Origin: Balanoglossus misakiensis
Lineage: Eukaryota > Animalia > Hemichordata
Assembly: GCA_040954595.2 (NCBI GenBank)
Contig: CM082580.2
Span: 12,786,909 to 12,850,908 of the forward strand
Reading direction: 5' to 3'
DNA length: 64,000 bases
Shown: in pieces, positions 38,200 through 52,548 of the stretch
How positions within the stretch are numbered: the stretch's first letter is position 1
How the letters are laid out: each line of letters starts with the position of its first letter
The notes under the pieces: generated by a model
The model's database searches: none
The model's input: only the letters and a program-made list of their open reading frames with translations
What the model was told of the DNA's origin: nothing
Position numbers and translations under genes: made by a program

Positions 38200-41100
38200 T
38201 CACACTTCGGATGGCGCGACGTGTTGGTTGAAGAATCCCTGCAGAGAAAAGGGCAAAGAGGATCGATATATGCACCGCACTGCAAATTGAAAAAAGACAG
38301 TTGAACTCCAAACATTGAACCAGAGCAAGCGACTGCTATCCTAATATGCACTCACACTTAAAGTGGTACTCATTTCATGTATAATAGCAACGAGTGCACG
38401 TCATTTGGCATGGCCGCAAAATGCATGTAAATGGCTTTGTGGTGTGACGTCACAAGCGCTTAAGGAGGGCATCCAATCCATGGGCCTGCAGACAATAAAC
38501 ACTGTTTGCCTTGAGTGATGAGTGAACAAGATTTGCCGCCTGGCATCATGGTTAGGCCGTAATGGAAGTCTGCGATTTTGTCTGAGATCAGTTCACTTAC
38601 CATTTTTTTCCGGATAAACAAATCAAAAATCGCGTGGAGATTGTCAGGTTCAGGGCGCTGATCTGGCCGGCCGTCCCAACAGTCGTACATCAAATCATAC
38701 CTAAAGAAGTTAATTTGCTCAGTAAAAATCAGGGAATCCCAAACCAGGATATTTTTTATCCACAATGTTTTCTTTATACAAATAGTGTGAAAATTGCGGG
38801 TTTTTTTTTTCAAACACGCAGTCATTGACATAGTAAAACTCACATGTGATCAGTGAAGGAATCAATTTTGTGAAGTTTGAAGCCTTTTCGGACATAACCT
38901 ACAACAGCTTGGTCATCCATATCGGCATACGGAAATCCTCCTAGATTAAAACAAAATCAATGTAAAAAAACAACAACCACGACATCAGTTTGATTCCATA
39001 ACCTGCCACCACATTTTATAAGCGGCGTACACTAAATTAAAACTTTACTCACCTAATGTGGCAACCTCCCACATGAGAATTCCGAAAGCCCAACTGCAAG
39101 ATGAACCAAAAGAAATCTTTACAACGCCTGTAGTCACTGACAGTTAAATGTATCACTTGCACGTTGTTATATCTAGTCTCTTAATCTCAAAAGCAAAAGG
39201 TGAAAGTCACGGGTTGACTTCATTTGGAATTACTAGAGTAAATGATGACTTACATGTCAGACTCGTGGGTAAATGATCCTTCAACCAGTGATTCCACCGC
39301 CATCCAACGAATGGGCATTTTTTGATGAGACTGAAACAGTGATATGATACTTTCAACCATTGGACTTGTGTATTTAAAGAATATTGTGAAATATTAGGTG
39401 TCCCCATGAAAGGGAACATGTTTGCAGCCTCCTCTAGCGAAGGTGAAGAAGAAGTACTTGCGACGCCAAACTTAGAAATATACTCACCCCACGCAGTCTT
39501 GCATAAATACCTTGTTCATAAACATCTCTAGAAAACCCGAAGTCTCCAATCTTTGCTCGTTTCGTCGAAGATATTAGGATGTTGCGTGCGGCAATATCTC
39601 GATGGACTATCTAAATAACAAAGAAACATACATGTACCATTATATTGATATCTAAACCAACAACAGCAGTTAGTATAAGGTTTTCGCTCAGTCCAAGATC
39701 ACCACGTACATGGCAACAGTGAAAGAGTTTATAATGCGTAGGAGATGGTGGTGACAGATATTTAGTTGTAGTGTTTACCTTGTGCAATTTCAGGTACAGA
39801 AGGGCCTTGATGACGTCATGAACCAGGCTAACAAGCTGCTGGTCAACTTCATGGCGCATCTCATTCTTTCTGTAAAGCCTGACGTGGCTCAGAAGATCTG
39901 TTTCCATTAGCTCCTCCAGGATGTACATGGGGTGCGATTTCACGATGCCATATAGCTCCACTATGTGTTCGTGATCCCTCAGCAGACTAAGCGAGGTGAT
40001 TTCATGGCAGAAATCCCGTAGAGAGTATTCATTGGTACAACCTATACAGATAAGGGGTGTCATACAAGCAATAACAGTCTGGACAACATTACGAGGATGG
40101 TGGCTGGTGCGATATTTTTTGTTACATTTTCTCTGATATAATATTTCATACAGTTATAAATGTACAGCATTGTATATATGTGATGTTCACCTGATATGAG
40201 AGATTTGGCTGCCACAGTTGTTGGGTCTTTTCCGGTTTGGCGCAGTTCGGCTTTGTGAATAATTCCAAACTCCCCTTCTCCTATTCGTGCCATAATTTTG
40301 AGCTCTGTATGGTCTATTTCTTGAACATTGACACCGTCTAACAGCTTGTTAATCAGTTCTTCTGCGTCTGCCTGAAAGATTGATCACCACTAAAGTTAAA
40401 CATTCTTTTGATTGTTAAAAGACTGCTATTAAAACTTACTACAAATCATTGTGTTATCAAGGCCACGGAGGGACTGCAAGTCACGTGTTGTTTTGGCTTT
40501 AAAGAGTGGGTGTCGTCCATTCTGCGGCTGCGCTCCCATACTACACGGTTGCAGTCGAAGGAGCAAATTGTTATACCGTTGCACTGTACATCATGACCAA
40601 ATGGTAACAAAGACGCATGACCTAATTACTGAAAACTTACCTCAGTCATATTTTGCTTCGCACGGCGATACCAGACGAAAGTCACACATGAAGAAATAAG
40701 TATTACCAATACTAAACCGACAATGCTGAAACTTATAATAATATCTCGGTTTTCATTTGCTTCTAAAACTGAAAAGAAATCGTTAACGTTAATTATTATC
40801 CTGTAGCAGCTTATAATTCATCAGATGGTGTTCATTAGTCATGTCATTTTGAGAAATCATACATAATAATAAGTCCAATAGCCACAAAGTGAGGATTTGC
40901 GTCTTGCACGTTAATTTTGTTCTAATACAGCTATAAATGTGTGATTCACACAGAAGATTAAATAATGCAGTTTTTCTCACCCAGTTCACATTTTTCTCCA
41001 AGTCTCCCTTCTGGGCAGGAACACTGACCATCAAATTGGCCACAAGATGTTTGGACTGCGCAGTCGCATTGCTTCTCACAATTTGCACCCCATAATCCCA

Positions 41101-44100
41101 CTTGGCATCCTGGAGATTAATATAATCAATCATATGTCGCCCTTGATTAATCTTGTAAACAACGGTCACTCCACAAAAAATGGCATCACACATCACTAAA
41201 ATGGCATCTCAAGAACATTTCATGGACACATGGAAGTTAATGTATTCACCAGACAGCCAATATTATATTGATGTGTAATTAAAATCAATATAACATTAAA
41301 ACATAATATGTACCTTGTATTCGTAGATTTGCATAGTTAGACCAGTAAACATTTTCATCACTGTCTTCAACTCTGCATCGATAGGAACCTGAATACTCGG
41401 TCTTTCCATCAACAATCTTCAGTGTAGTGCTGTTTTTGAGAGACAAGAAACATCAGGGATTGCTCAGAAGGAGCGTATAACCATTTGTCTGTCGGTCTGT
41501 CACAGCGAATCTAAATGATCACTTCGCATTTACCTTCCATTGATATAACCCGAGGTTATTATTCCCGGTGTCTCCAAAACGTCCAGATCTTTTCCATTGT
41601 GTTTCCAGCCGGGGCGTCCGCTTGGATTGAAACTGTATGGTATACAGGTAAACGCTTGTCTGTTTCCATTCAGTGGAATGGTAACGGCGTCTGGAGTTAG
41701 TCTCACTTCCGGGAATGCTGTCAAATTGCATGAAACGTTCATGACGTTACCGCAGTGACCACGTGGTTCTCTCGTATTGCCAAGATGTACACTAAAATGG
41801 GGGGGGGGGGTGTGCTCTAATGTTGTTTCCAAAATAACTTCAAGCTATGAAACAATCCCCCAATTAAAACAAAGCCTATTGTATTAACACCTGCTCTTCG
41901 TTGAAAACACAAATGAAACCGCGGCATTCCTGATAGATGAACACTTACGTATGTCACATGCAGGACCTGTCCAACCTGCTTGACATTTGCAGGCTCCATT
42001 GAAAGGATGGCAGGTTGCACCATTTTGACACAAGCACGGTGTTGTGCAGAAAAATCCAAATTTGTCGGGGGGACAACCTAGGAAAAGATGTATGTACATG
42101 TACATGCTTGTCAGCGAATGACACTTGTTGTCACACCATAGCGTATAAAGCACATAAAATGGATGCGTTGACCTTGACTTATGTCTACCGTAGTACATGT
42201 ACATCAATTACCTTTAAAAATGATGGCTCCACTTAACTCCAATTGCACACTCCATCGCCCGGGCATGAGAAGACAAGAGCCACTTACAGACGTTGAATTT
42301 CTGATATCTATAGATACGTAAGGTACACCGCCCGTCACGATGTGTGTGTAGCGGGTAAGATCTAACCAATTTGCAAAGATATATTCACTTTCGACGATAT
42401 TATCTTTTCCAATCTGATGAAACAAAAGGACATATTTAATAGATGTGGCGGGAAATATACCGAACGTGCAGATCACAAATTTATTTGTTTATACAGGCTG
42501 CAGGGCACCATTGCAAAGCAGAACAGAATTACCGTCATCAGGGTCCTCCAAATTTGATCCGAGAATGTTATAACTCTCACCTTATTCAGGGTGTGATCTA
42601 GCGTGATAATTTGACCATTTACAAATGCTTTGCAGTCCATTTCGAGGTCACCAGATGGGGCAAGACTTTTAGTAAAATTAGTGTCAACGGGTGCATAAAA
42701 TTTTAAGCCACCTGAAAGAAACAACAACAACAACAACTACTACAATGTAATATTATTATTTTAAACAAAAATAACAAATGTACCAATTAAAGTAAAAATT
42801 TAAACGGAGTCCGACGTTTTTTTGCATAGCTCATGTTAATGGGGCCCGGGGCATTAACGGGGGGATTTAACGTTATAGAAACATAATCTAAATTAATAAG
42901 AAATTAGAAGATATTTTGAAGTGTAAATGCTACCATTTGACTTTTACTGAATATGTATTCTTACAATGACTGTTGTTGATATCCGCACTCCATGCAACAT
43001 CTTCTCTAAACCCCTTGCCATCGACGTTGAGGACGGCGATATTCATCGGTCGCCAAGAAGTTTCCTGCACGCACACAAAAAGCCACACTCGTCTTTATTT
43101 GGCGCATGGCGTTAAATATGGAAAATGGAAACATTTTGGCCCGGGGATGTTGGGAACGTTTATGCAGAGTTAACGCTAGTATGACTTCTTAAAGTGAACA
43201 ATAGTTCGTTGTAACTAGTTGTAATGGCATTAGTGCAAGAAACGCATAAACCCTGAATCATCAACGTTAACAAATAAATTCAACACACTCACTTTTCTAG
43301 GGGGCATTGCACAAGATTCGTTATAGAACGGAGGCCAAGTATTGACGTCGATGAGGCTGACGTTAAGGATAAAATACCACTGAAAACGAAAGAACCAGTT
43401 ATGATATATAACCAATGCCATTATCCATGGCGTTTGCAAATGTACAATTTATATTCAAATTACAGTTCCCCTTTTATTCGAACAAAACTGAAAAGATGGA
43501 AGTCACCAATGATCCATGGTGAAAGTGTTTACCTCTAAACAACTTACCCGGTTGTCCATGGTTATATTTAGAAGGTAATTTGACTGGATATTGTAGTCAA
43601 GTAAGGCTTTCACTCGGATCTCATTACTGATGGAGATCATTTCGAAACGACTGTTCTGTAGGATCGATTATAATTCACTTGTTAGTCTAAGAATTGTATG
43701 TTATGCTTGAAATGTAGTAAACTATTGACAGGATGTGTCCTATCCTACTGGTATGATTCAAAGCTACGCCAAATCTCTTTTTGAGAGAGAAAGAGATACA
43801 AACAAACAAACAAACAAACAAACAAACAAACAAACAAACAAACAAACAAACAAACAAACAAACAAACAAACAAACAAACAAACAAAAACAAGAAAACAAA
43901 CACTTACGTTGTTTCCACCTACGATCGTAAAGTCGCATCGTGGACATGTTTTGCAACTTTCAAAGCTATATATAGTCGTGCTTATGGATATATTCTGTAA
44001 GATATCAAAAATATATCTAAATATACAGTTAGAGTTAATGAAGAGATTAGGGGCCATTTTAAATTTCATTGTTCCCCAAGCCACAAGACAGTTACTTCTT

Positions 44101-44893
44101 GATCTTAAAATGGGATGGATGTCTCAATGACACCTACCTCGGGAATTTGAACAGCGTCGTAGGCTGTCGTGCAGTCAGATGTTGAAGTGGCAATATTCCT
44201 CCCTGTAAAGCAAGGTTGCGACAACATTGCCATCATCATTTACAATAGACGCTGTACATTTCTGAAGTCTGTGAACGCCGATGCTATTGAAAGACCGATT
44301 TACTTCTCTACAGTAAGAACTGATTTCTCTCAAAAGAGAAAAGATTTATGAGGAGAAATTGAGGAATAAAATTGCATGTCATGTAACACGGCTTGGTATA
44401 GTTCCTATTGGTTACCTGGGCATTCAACTTTTAATGAATTTTATTTGCCTCATACCAAATTGGTGTTGTTTTTTTATTGCTGGTTTACCGATGTGATGTG
44501 CAAACTTTCGGGTCGATAAAAAGAGTGCAAATCAAATCAATCATATGTCGTGAGGATATAGCTTTGCAACCATGCTTTGCGATAAGGATCAATTTATACA
44601 CAGACTTTGAATATCGAAAATGAAGCCTTGGTGCGTATGGCGCATTTTTGTTGACAATGTCAAACTTTCGAAACTATCGAAACTCAGTAATAGGGGCTCT
44701 TCAGATTTCACACGTTGAATATGAGATAATTGGGCATTCTCCCAAAACGTAAGTGGTGAGATATAGTAAAATAAAATAATGGACTTCTCTCGCAACATTA
44801 TAACTTTAGATTAAAATTGTTCTCTGACTTACCCAGCCCCGAATTCACTGTGAGTAGAACCACTGTTAATGTGAATATAAAAGAGTTGGTCAT
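38200..44893 (-). CDS. Receptor tyrosine kinase (Tie/RET/Cad96Ca-like kinase) with cadherin, EGF-like and Ig ectodomains
   Basis: About 21 exons. Signal peptide 44833-44893; cadherin motifs [16 protein letters not shown] (44202-43293); EGF 41949-42077; Ig 41718-41314 (YSGSYRC); EGF 40981-41109; TM 40641-40768. Kinase motifs [44 protein letters not shown]. Ends APSEV*. Confidence 0.9.
43799..43885. repeat. (AAAC)n microsatellite
   Basis: About 21 perfect tetranucleotide units in an RTK intron. Confidence 0.97.
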
Positions 44894-47120
44894 CGTTGTC
44901 TTTAATCCGTTGCCAATATCGTCATGTCTGATAGGGATGGAATTAAAAAAATACAATTGTCACACACTCAGACTTATGGTCGAGTTTGCGCGGCTGAAAA
45001 GGGGCGCTCACGCAAAACCTCGAATAACCCTGAGTGTTCCTTCTGGACTTGAAGCGCGCAACTTCAGAAAAAAAAACCTGTAATTTGGTGTCAGATAAAC
45101 AGATTTTGCCGTTTTCCCCCATATTACAGTAACGATACGTATCTGTACCTCTCAATCACTGTCCGCAGTTTCCATTAAAGTTTATAGAAATGGAGGATTC
45201 TCAATGCAAGTGAAACAGAGTCGGCAATTTATTCGAACTCACCGTGTTGCTCGTTCTTGCATTATCTTCGGCCAGCCTCACCCCCAGAATTATATTTCTA
45301 GGATACGGATGTGATTTTAGCTAACGTGTTCAAAAGACTTGAGTCCAGCCAACTTTATACGACTAATTTTGATTTCATGTGACAAAAAAGTCCAGCTAAA
45401 ATGACGTACCATCATGTGAGAAGCACAGAATATAAAACGAGAAGTATAAATTCAGAAGTTAGATGTACATTAGAAATATTTGGAGCGTTGAGTAAGTGTG
45501 AATAGCTTTAGTTCGTGAATTTTTGAATTTGGAATTATTGCCAATTTTCCCTCAGTACCCAAACGCTTACCCATATTGGATATAAAGTATTACATTCTGC
45601 TGATACGATTCCGCGATTAATGCCTGTCATCACGACATAAGCTTAAACCATAGACTGCCAATGCTTAAACATACCTCTGAATATAGATCAGCAGAACCCG
45701 TTGGTCAGCGTCGAGAGTACGTTGATGACATTCACTTCGTTGGGGAGAGCAAGGCTTCACTCGCCAGAAAACTTTGTACTGAAACGGTGTTTAATGTTGG
45801 CCACCATGGAAACAAGAAGTGAAACTCTAGAGGAATCTGTCACTTTGCGCGCGTTAATATACTACCCATAAAACATATTTCAAAGCTCAAATGCCAGTGT
45901 TTCCAAGTAGTTTGTGTGTCGGTACGTGGCTCTCGCAATGTCATAAAACTCTTCGGAAAAATTAATCGGACAACCTTAATTTACTACATGAATATTGCAA
46001 CGCATTGAAAATGCGACTGGCTTTCAAGGAACAGTTCAGTCTGCAGCCTAAGATTTGGTGACAATGAAATGTGTAACTATTAAACGCCACAGAAACAAAA
46101 TACTCTTGTGTATAATTGGTATATATTGATTATTCTCAGCAAATGCGACAAAGAAGACAATTGAGTCGGAATATAGGCAAGAAAACGTATTTTATTCTCG
46201 GATTGTCTTTTCCCATTCAATAGTGATTCGCTGACTTATCTCGATGAATAAAATGTTCGTGATTTATTCGGTGCTTGTCTTTAGTTTCTTAGGAATGGGC
46301 AGACAGTCCGTTTTCACATCTTCCGCCTGTTTTTGTTTTCAGTTTCTTGGTTTTCTCCCTTACGGCTGTCAAGATGTCGGAAATTGATGATGGGCAGCCC
46401 CCAAAGCGGTTCATTTTTTGAGTTTCCTTCATTTTTGCGTGTACTATACGACACACTCTGATCACAGCAATGAAGTTATGGAGTCTTGTTATGAGGGCGA
46501 CAATGTTGACCAACTTAGGGGATCAACGTTAAGGACGCCATCCAGGGGACCTCAGTTCTGCAAGGTGTTGACAGAGGAAGCGTTCAATTTCTCAGGTATT
46601 CGTAGCACCACAATTGAAGTGATGCAGATTCTTTGTACCCTCAGATATTCACTGTATTTCTGTCAACTTTTCTGGGTGATCAGCGACCCGCGCGACTCTA
46701 ACTGTACACGTAGTTTCGGCCCCTCCCCCTGGTTACGCCTTGACTTCCGGGTTGTAAGGCTTGGGCAGGTATCTGTGGTAGAAGCATGTGGAGGGTGTCC
46801 GGCTATATCTGCGCCACCTCCCGGGGTCTATAGTTGACAGGCAGCACAGCCAGAACATCGGATACTATCCACATGTTAGGGTATCTTCTACATAAGTGCA
46901 TAAAATCTGACCCTAATACCATGGACCACGCCCCTTTGTCAATGCCTTGTCATGACATAAACCATACAGGACTTCCATGTTCTGACATAACAGTGATAAC
47001 ACATATTCAGGGAAACTGATAACAGTTACTTGCTGATATGTTAATTCTGAGATGTTTGTGTAATTTGTTTTTCTTGCTTCGGAAATTTATTTACAGGATC
47101 GTGCTGAGCCAGTTGCAAAG

Positions 47121-50100
47121 ATGGGTCGCAAAGTAACATTAGCAACATGTTCTCTCAATCAGTGGGCAATGGACTTTGAAGGAAACTTGGAAAGAATCCT
47201 TAAAAGTAAGTAAGAAGCTTCCACATAACCCACTCAGAAGGGAAAGACATTTTTGTGTGTCAGGGGTACAGGTGTACTTGATGCTCAGGAGTCAGAGGGC
47301 AAGCTGTTGTTTCCCAAATGTACACATGTTTATCCTTCCCTTTTTTGTGACCATTTTATGTTCGTTTCAGGTATTGAGATAGCCAAGGCCAAGGGGGCAA
47401 GATACAGACTTGGACCTGAGCTGGAAATATGGTAAAAATCACGTTGTGTAGAAGAACTATAGTTGGTATTGAGAAATTGTAATGCATGTTCAGTGGGCAG
47501 TGTGACACGAAAAGAACTGCATACATACTGGCAATTACCTAGTTGCCAGCCAAACAAAAGTGGTATTTTTTCCCAGGTGATATTTTACACTGACAACTTA
47601 CTTAACCCTCTCACCCCCAGTTCCCTCTTTAGAGGTCCAACCTTACCATAGAAAACAATGGGTTTGGACTGAACCATGGTGGTGAAAGGGTTAATTGTAA
47701 GTAGATGACTAATCATCTCTATCCACACTTTCAGTGGTTACAGCTGTGAGGACCACTTCCATGAGCCGGACACCTGTCTGCATTCATTCCAAGTTTTGGC
47801 AAAACTGCTGCAGTCTCCTGTAACGCAAGACATCATCTGTGATGTGGGCATGTAAGTGATAAGCAAAAGTTTTGTCTCATTCATTGATGTGTCTTTCCTG
47901 TAGAACAATCTTTTGAATGACTCTATTGTAATGCCAAAAGTCAAGGTTAAGGTATATTTATCCATCTGTTACAGGCCAGTCATGCATAAGAATGTGATCT
48001 ACAACTGTCGAGTAATTTTCCTCAACAAGTAAGTGAATTTCAAGATATTTACTAGGTGTATGGATAATGTTTGGAAAATGTTGTACATGTATGCCTACAT
48101 GTTTATATGGTACATGTATCTCTCTCTTTCTGCAGGAAGATTCTGCTGATTAGACCAAAGATTGATCTCTGCAACGAGGGAAATTATAGGGAATTGCGAT
48201 GGTTTAAAGGTTGGGCCAAGATTCGGACTGTGGAAGATTATTACCTCCCGAGAATGATATCTGAAATCACTGGCCAGGTAGGTTACATCGAGCATTTACA
48301 TCTAAGTGTCTAACTGTCTGTTGATACATTTACCACAGCAATAAAGACTGAATATGTATATAATTATCATCACACAAGACAGATTAAGACATTAATTCTC
48401 GGTAGTTCAAAATGTATCTGATAAACCTTCTGTATTTTCCCCATCAGAGAACTGTACCCATAGGTGATGGAGTTCTATCAACTCTCGATACTTGCATTGG
48501 ATCTGAAATATGTGAAGAACTGTGGACATCCAGAAGGTGTGGGATGAAGTACTCATTCAGATAAAAAAATGCATACATAGACAATTTTACTGAGCTCCCT
48601 GTGTCGAGTACCTGACTCTGATCTTGTTTCTTTGCAGTCCACATGTTGCAATGAGCCTTGACGGTGTGGAGATAATCACAAACGCCAGCGGAAGTCACCA
48701 TGAACTGAGGAAGGCATACCAGAAAGTCGACCTCATCAAATCTGCAATGGAAAAGGTAATTGAGCTTGCTGCAACTAAGTGCAGTTCAAACACTGACAAG
48801 GCAAACATATCCCGACATATTGTAGCAGTGTGTTTGACGTGAATATGAAACAATTTCATTGCATGTTGCGTTGCAGTGCGGTGGGATTTACATGTTTTCC
48901 AACCTGAAGGGATGTGATGGGGAGCGAGTGTACTTTGATGGAGGAAGCATGATTTGCATGAATGGGAAGATTGCTGTGCAAGGAGAACAGTTTTCAGTCA
49001 ATGAAGTGGTGAGTACTCTCCACAATATACCACTTTTTGAAATCCATGTAATTTTGGCAGTGCACCTTAATTATGCTATTACAGTACATACAATGTTGAT
49101 GTATATGCAAGTGAAGACTCAATCAGTGGCATTTGGTGATTTTTTGTGCATCTGTTAATTCAGTCATCTTTGTTTGCAGGAGGTGTGCACCGCAGTGCTG
49201 GATTTAGAAGACGTGAGATCTTTCAGAGGACATTTCTCCAGTAGATCTATGCAGGTAAACAAACAACTGTCTCTGTCATTTGTCAATAGTTGATCGATTA
49301 ATTACCAGTTTTAAATGCAGGATTACTTTGCTTGTTGCAGGCTACCAAGGCAGAAACCTATCCCAGGATTCAAGTGGATTTCTCCCTGTCACTAGAGGGC
49401 GATATAGCACTACCCACGTTTGAACCAATAATATGGAAGTATTGTACCGTACCCGAAGAAATAGCTTCTGGACCGGCCTGTTGGCTGTGGGATTATCTGC
49501 GAAGAAGTGGCCAGGTTTGGTGTCAGATTATTGTTGATGTTTAAAATTCCAGATTTGAATGATTATATGTTTCAACATACACCACTATCCATCCCCAGTT
49601 TCATGATGATATATTTGCAAATACATGTAATAGAATTCTGTCTTTCAGTATTTGTTCTTGTAACCTGATGATAAAATTATTAAAACATTAACTATATGAT
49701 GTGCATGTTTCTGTGCCCAGGGTGGATTTTTCTTACCACTGAGTGGCGGCGTTGACAGTTCTGCTACAGCGTGTATGGTTGCCTCGATGTGCCATATTGT
49801 GTGTGATGCAGTCAGGAATGGAAGTAAGTTCACCACTGTTAATTAAAAGGACAATAAACATTTTAAAAGTTTGGATCATAATTGACCTGTATGGTGTCAT
49901 GTGTTTCGGAAGGTGACCCTAACCCTTTCCTGCTATAATAGAGAGTATATGTGATAACTAAATATTGTGAACATATTTCTTCCAGATGCTGATGTTCTCA
50001 GTGATGTGCGCAGGATTGTTGGAGACACCAATTATACACCAACCGGTCCGAGAGAATTGGCCGGTAGGTTGTTCACCACCTGTTACATGGGGACAGTCAA

Positions 50101-52455
50101 TTCATCAGAGTTTACACGGCAACGAGCAAAACAGTTGGCAGAGGAGATCGGAAGGTGAGTGCTGAATGATTTTGATTATCACCACTGCTGAGGAAGTGAA
50201 CAATAAGTAAATAGGTCAACCGGCCTCCACTCCTTGAAAAGTTCCTAAATCTCGGTGATGTGTAGGCTTTTTCTCTCTCTCCAGTTACCATCTGGGGATC
50301 ACCATAGACACGGCGGTCAGTGCAGTGGTCGGCATTTTCTCCACTGTCACTGGAAAGTCACCAAAGTTCAAAGTTCATGGCGGAGGTGTCAGAGAGAATT
50401 TAGCCCTACAGAATGTCCAGGTACTGTTTTGAAAATCTACTCAATTTATGGCTTGGTATCCTTCCTTGAGTTTTGATTTGTCTAGAAATGTGTCAAAACA
50501 AAATTGTTGGGCCCCCCTCCAAGCTAAAGGAATTGGGTTTTTAGCCCAAGTTTGACATTACCATTGCATTTACACGGTGTGTGTTAATACCAACGATATC
50601 TTGATCTGTTTTGTGTTTGTTTTCAGGCTCGCATGAGGATGTTGCTGTCGTATCTCTTTGCTCAGTTAAGTCTGTGGTCACGAGGGTTGAGTGGAGGTTT
50701 GTTGGTCTTGGGATCTGCCAATGTTGATGAAAGGTATCTGTTTCTCCATGGAAAATATGCAAAGTTGTTTGTTCATGTGTCTTCTCTTGTCTGTCCCATG
50801 TTGACTGCAGTTCATTGAGAATAGCACGAAAATCAAGTCTGTGATTTTGTGAAAATTTCTTGATGGTTACATTGCTTTTTCCTTCAGTCTGCGAGGTTAC
50901 TTAACCAAATATGATTGCTCAAGCGCTGACATCAATCCGATCGGTGGTATCAGTAAGACTGACCTCAGGAAATTCATCATCTACGCCCGGGATAAGTTCA
51001 ACTTGCCTTCGTTGAATACGTAAGTCGAACTTTAGAAAGATTCCACCAGCCATGGCAGTTCGAAGTCGTAGCAAAGTTACTTGCAGAGTGAAATGTGATG
51101 ATCTTGTGGTGTGTTCTCAGGATGGTAGATTATTCCTCCGGAATAGATTTTCAGTGAAGTTCTTTGTTTTTGCAGTATCTTGAGTGCGCCTCCAACTGCA
51201 GAACTAGAACCGCTCGCTGCTGGACAAATCGCTCAAACTGATGAGGTAGGTTGGAAATAAGAGTGGGAACACTGGTTTCTATGAATATTAGTTTTGGGTT
51301 CTGGGACAGTTATCTCTTGTTATCTTGTGTTTGTATCATACAGGAAGACATGGGAATGACGTATGATGAGCTATCAGTCTATGGAAGGCTGCGGAAGATG
51401 GCCAAGTGTGGCCCATACAGCATGTTCTGTAAGCTGATTCACCAGTGGAAGGACACCTGCACTCCACGACAGGTAGGACATACAATGTTTTAAAAGCTTG
51501 ATTGTTTTCAGAGAATGAGCAATCACCTCACACGGTTCACCATATGACTTTTGAATTCACCTAGGTGGCCAGCAAAGTGAAACTCTTCTTCCGGGGCTAT
51601 TCGATCAATCGGCACAAGATGACTACACTGACACCGTCGTACCATGCAGAGTCCTACAGTCCTGATGACAACCGTTTCGATCTACGCCAGTTTCTCTACA
51701 ACGTGAAGTGGCCCTGGCAGTTCCACTACATCGATGAACAGGTATTCAAGCAAATTAATTTTTTCTGAGTGTTTGTGAAAAATCTATGCAACAGTAAGGA
51801 TGGCCTGTCAGCATTGATGCACAATGAAAGATTGACTTAATTTACAGGAGATGGTTTTTAAGGCTGAAAGGTATGGAGCGTTATGATAGATTTTCAAAGT
51901 TTACGTCGCCAAAGTCTTAATACATGTTGATTGCTATTTTAGGTGAAAAAGCTTGAGGAGGTAGAGGGGCGGAAAGATGGAAGTGGTTTCCAAGGAAACA
52001 TGGCCCATGGTAACAAAGACGCAGAAGATGGTGATGGCAGAGGTGGGCCAGGTAGTCATAGCAACCAAGGGAAAGGGCAAAAGGAAAGCAGACTCCAACA
52101 AAGCAGGAACCTGGGAACAGAGAGTGGGATTGTTGTTCCCATGGAAATGGATGTGAGCGATAGTGTAACATCATCCGCCTTTGAAACAAACAACTCCGAT
52201 GATGCTTTCTCCAGGCCGTACGCAACAGGTTTCAAAGGAAGAAAGCGATGTGCAAGTGCCATGGAGGGCGATTTAGGACTCACAGATCAGCTGAAGTCCC
52301 TGGCGTCCAAGAAACGACGCTCCATTTCCGGAATCAAAAGATCAGCAAGTCTGAGAAGCAGCGACAGTGATGACAGCACGAAGTGGTGGAAGCCATGGAC
52401 GTGGAAGACACCAAATAAAAACAAAGTCATACGGATGACACCAGCGTATGTGTGA
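47121..52455 (+). CDS. NADSYN1: Glutamine-dependent NAD(+) synthetase
   Basis: Starts [29 protein letters not shown]. Nitrilase triad motifs GPELEICGY, IRPK, EICEELW; synthetase motifs [78 protein letters not shown]. Last exon 51943-52455. Confidence 0.97.
47602..47694. mobile_element. piggyBac-like MITE, copy 2 (NADSYN1 intron)
   Basis: Intact TTAA on both sides, termini CCCTCTCACC / GGTGAAAGGG. Confidence 0.8.
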
Positions 52456-52548
52456 AATGACTGGATCAGAAGCTGAAATGGCTGGTTCAGGTCTCCTTCA
52501 TGTATATGCACATGTACGACTGTCAAATTATCCGGGAAAATGTTTATT

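Noticed and set aside
40789-41196. 135-aa ORF as an RTK exon
   Set aside because: The real exon (40981-41109) uses a different frame encoding an EGF-like repeat.
43687-44130. ORFs with FVCL / QTNK repeats
   Set aside because: Translations of the (AAAC)n microsatellite; only 43908-43994 is a real RTK exon.
46289-46837. ORFs between the RTK and NADSYN1
   Set aside because: No recognisable motifs or consistent splice chain; they overlap the probable NADSYN1 promoter.
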